Part shown: positions 61,901 to 64,000 of the stretch, one piece after another
How the letters are laid out: each line of letters begins with the position of its first letter
Numbering within the stretch: the first letter of the stretch is position 1
Assembly (NCBI GenBank): GCA_051362555.1
Contig: CM120647.1
Coordinates: 5,208,001-5,272,000, forward strand
Direction of reading: 5' to 3'
Source of the DNA: Lingula anatina
Taxonomy: Eukaryota > Animalia > Brachiopoda
DNA: 64,000 nucleotides
Translations under genes and position numbers: made by a program
Notes under the pieces: generated by a model
Told to the model about the DNA's origin: nothing
Database searches by the model: none
The model's input: only the letters and a program-made list of their open reading frames with translations

Positions 61901-61949
61901 CAGAATTAAATCTGTTTTACGGTTCAATTTGGTCTAATAACATTTAACT

Positions 61950-62537
61950 GCAGATTCTCTTTTTGATTGACGGAAATTGTACACGGTTGCTGTTCTTTAG
62001 AGTCACTGTTGAAGACCGATTCACAGTGACTCTGACACTCAGGGCACATAACGTGGACAAACTAGTAAAATGCTTCTTATCTTTAATTTCGTAAATAATT
62101 TTCTCTAAGCAATATTTACACAACCTATCTATTTTTTTGTAAATTTTCATGTCTACTGGTTTCTATTGCAAGTCTATGATTTGAAGCTCTGAATCTTGAA
62201 AATGCTATTCTGTGTTTCATAATATTTACATCAAATAAACAATTTAGGTTCTAACAAACTCTTAAACAATGCATAGTTTTAAAAAAAGTTTGGACTATTT
62301 TGTATACTTTCAACCCAATTTTGTCTAGCACAGTCCTTCAGGTTTAGTAAAATTGGCTTACAAAGGTATTTATATCACGATATAAACACATGTGCTATCC
62401 ATGCATAACCAAAACCATACATATAAATTATTTGTTTTACTTTAGTCACCCAGTGAGTCCTTCCATGTTCATGTAGTGTACGCAACATATTATAGCAAGC
62501 TCTGCAAAATGTACTGAAACATTTTAGTGCTCAATAA

Positions 62538-62595
<58 letters not shown>

Positions 62596-63900
62596 CAGGA
62601 TAATCATGGTTTTCTCTTCTTGCTGTGCTAGGGTACTTTTAGCTTTGCTCCAGGACTAGAAAGCAGAGCATACCAGCCCTAAGTACTTATAGTGGCTAAC
62701 AATTTCTACCTCCTTATTATTTAGGAACCATTTTTCATGTTTATTTAAATAACCACCTCGTCTGAATACGATGATTTTTGTTTTATCTTCGTTGATCATC
62801 ATGCCATATTTTTTTCAGAATTTTTCTAATTTTACCATAAGCTTTTGCAAGCTACCAACCGTGTCACTTATCTCTACTGCATCATCCGCAAAGAGAAAAT
62901 GTGAGATGCTAGGTGCATCTTCATTTACCAAAAATGACTTTGCAGCTTTCATCATTTCTTAACATATGAACAAATTCATTAAGAAATAGAGAAAACATAA
63001 ATGGACTTGACACGCAGCCTTGTTTGGTGCCTATGGTACAATCAAAATAATCAGATATACCATCTTTCATCTGTATACTTGTCTTTAATTGTTTATACAT
63101 AGATTGGATGACTTTGACTATCTTTGTATTAACCTAGTTTTTCAATAAAACATATATTAATAATGTATGGTCAACGCAATCAAAGGCTTTAGCAAAGTCA
63201 ATGAAAATACAGTAGCATCTTCCTCTCTGTTTTTGTAAGATGCTTCTGTATTAGGGCTTACAATGTGAAGCAATTATCTATTATACTATAGCCTTTCCTA
63301 AACCCACTTTGTTCTTCACAAAACTTACTTGTATCTTCTGCCAATTTTACTTATCTTTCATTAAGGACTTTTGTAAATATTTTCTCCACTACGTTTAATA
63401 GAGAAATACCTCTGTAATTATTTGGATCTTTTTTGTTACCTTCTTTATAGATTGGGCATATAATAGCCTCTCCCCATTTTGCCGGGAAGACCCCAGTTTG
63501 CATAACTTGGTTATATAATGAACATAAACAGGGGACAAGCATGTCACTATGTTTAAACATCTCGACCACTAAGCCATCAGGTCCTCCCGATTTATTATTT
63601 TTCAATTACCTCATTGCAGCAATTATTTCTTTATTTTTTTTTTATTTTTCATCTTCTAAATTATCAATGTCTTCATTTTCAAATGTTTCCAGATTATCAA
63701 TAAGCTGTTTAGCTTCATTTTTGAACACGGGATCAATAGGGTGCTTAGCTATTTCTAACAAAGACCGAAAATGTTGAAGCCAAGTGTCTGCTTATATGTT
63801 ATTTCCCACTGCTTTTGAAAAAGTATACTCTTTTGGCCGATCCCAGATTTCATTTGGAGAGCTAGGGTCCTTAAACAGGTCCTCCGTATAAGCTACTTTA
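61950..63900 (-). mobile_element. Decayed LINE reverse transcriptase (CR1/RTE-X-like)
   Basis: KSGGPDG, YRGISLL, QSGFRKG, DFAKAFD, GTKQGC and FADD motifs with stops and frameshifts. Confidence 0.85.
62538..62592. repeat. (ATT)n microsatellite
   Basis: Direct. Confidence 0.9.
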
Positions 63901-64000
63901 ATGAGCACGTTCGTTTTGCTGTGTGAGCATACATCTTATTGCAATAAACTGTGGTGCCCATTTCATTACCAGACTACTCAGCTTGACTTAGGTATTTATT

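Overview
AT-rich eukaryotic (invertebrate, probably mollusc-like; inferred from repeat content) genomic DNA. One spliced protein-coding gene can be reconstructed by hand on the + strand (13 coding exons, 14462-47387, about 578 aa, all GT-AG with consistent phases). It encodes a signal peptide, a SibA/'integrin-beta-like' Cys-rich domain, an Ig/cadherin-like WTP module, two TSP1 repeats and a divergent SUEL-lectin-like C-terminus. The rest is mostly nested, decayed transposons (Tc1/mariner, CMC/EnSpm-type MITEs, Academ-like, Kolobok-like, PIF/Harbinger MITE, LINEs, Penelope-like, Bel/Pao), microsatellites, and a collinear duplication of the gene's upstream region about 50 kb downstream. Most notable: a minimal hammerhead ribozyme in a Penelope remnant, an intronic hairpin that sequesters a frameshifting pseudo-exon, a 6.5 kb transposon stack inserted 10 nt from a splice acceptor, and a Tc1 derivative built from two 3' ends. 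No CRISPR, rRNA or tRNA was seen. All family assignments are by eye and no searches were run.
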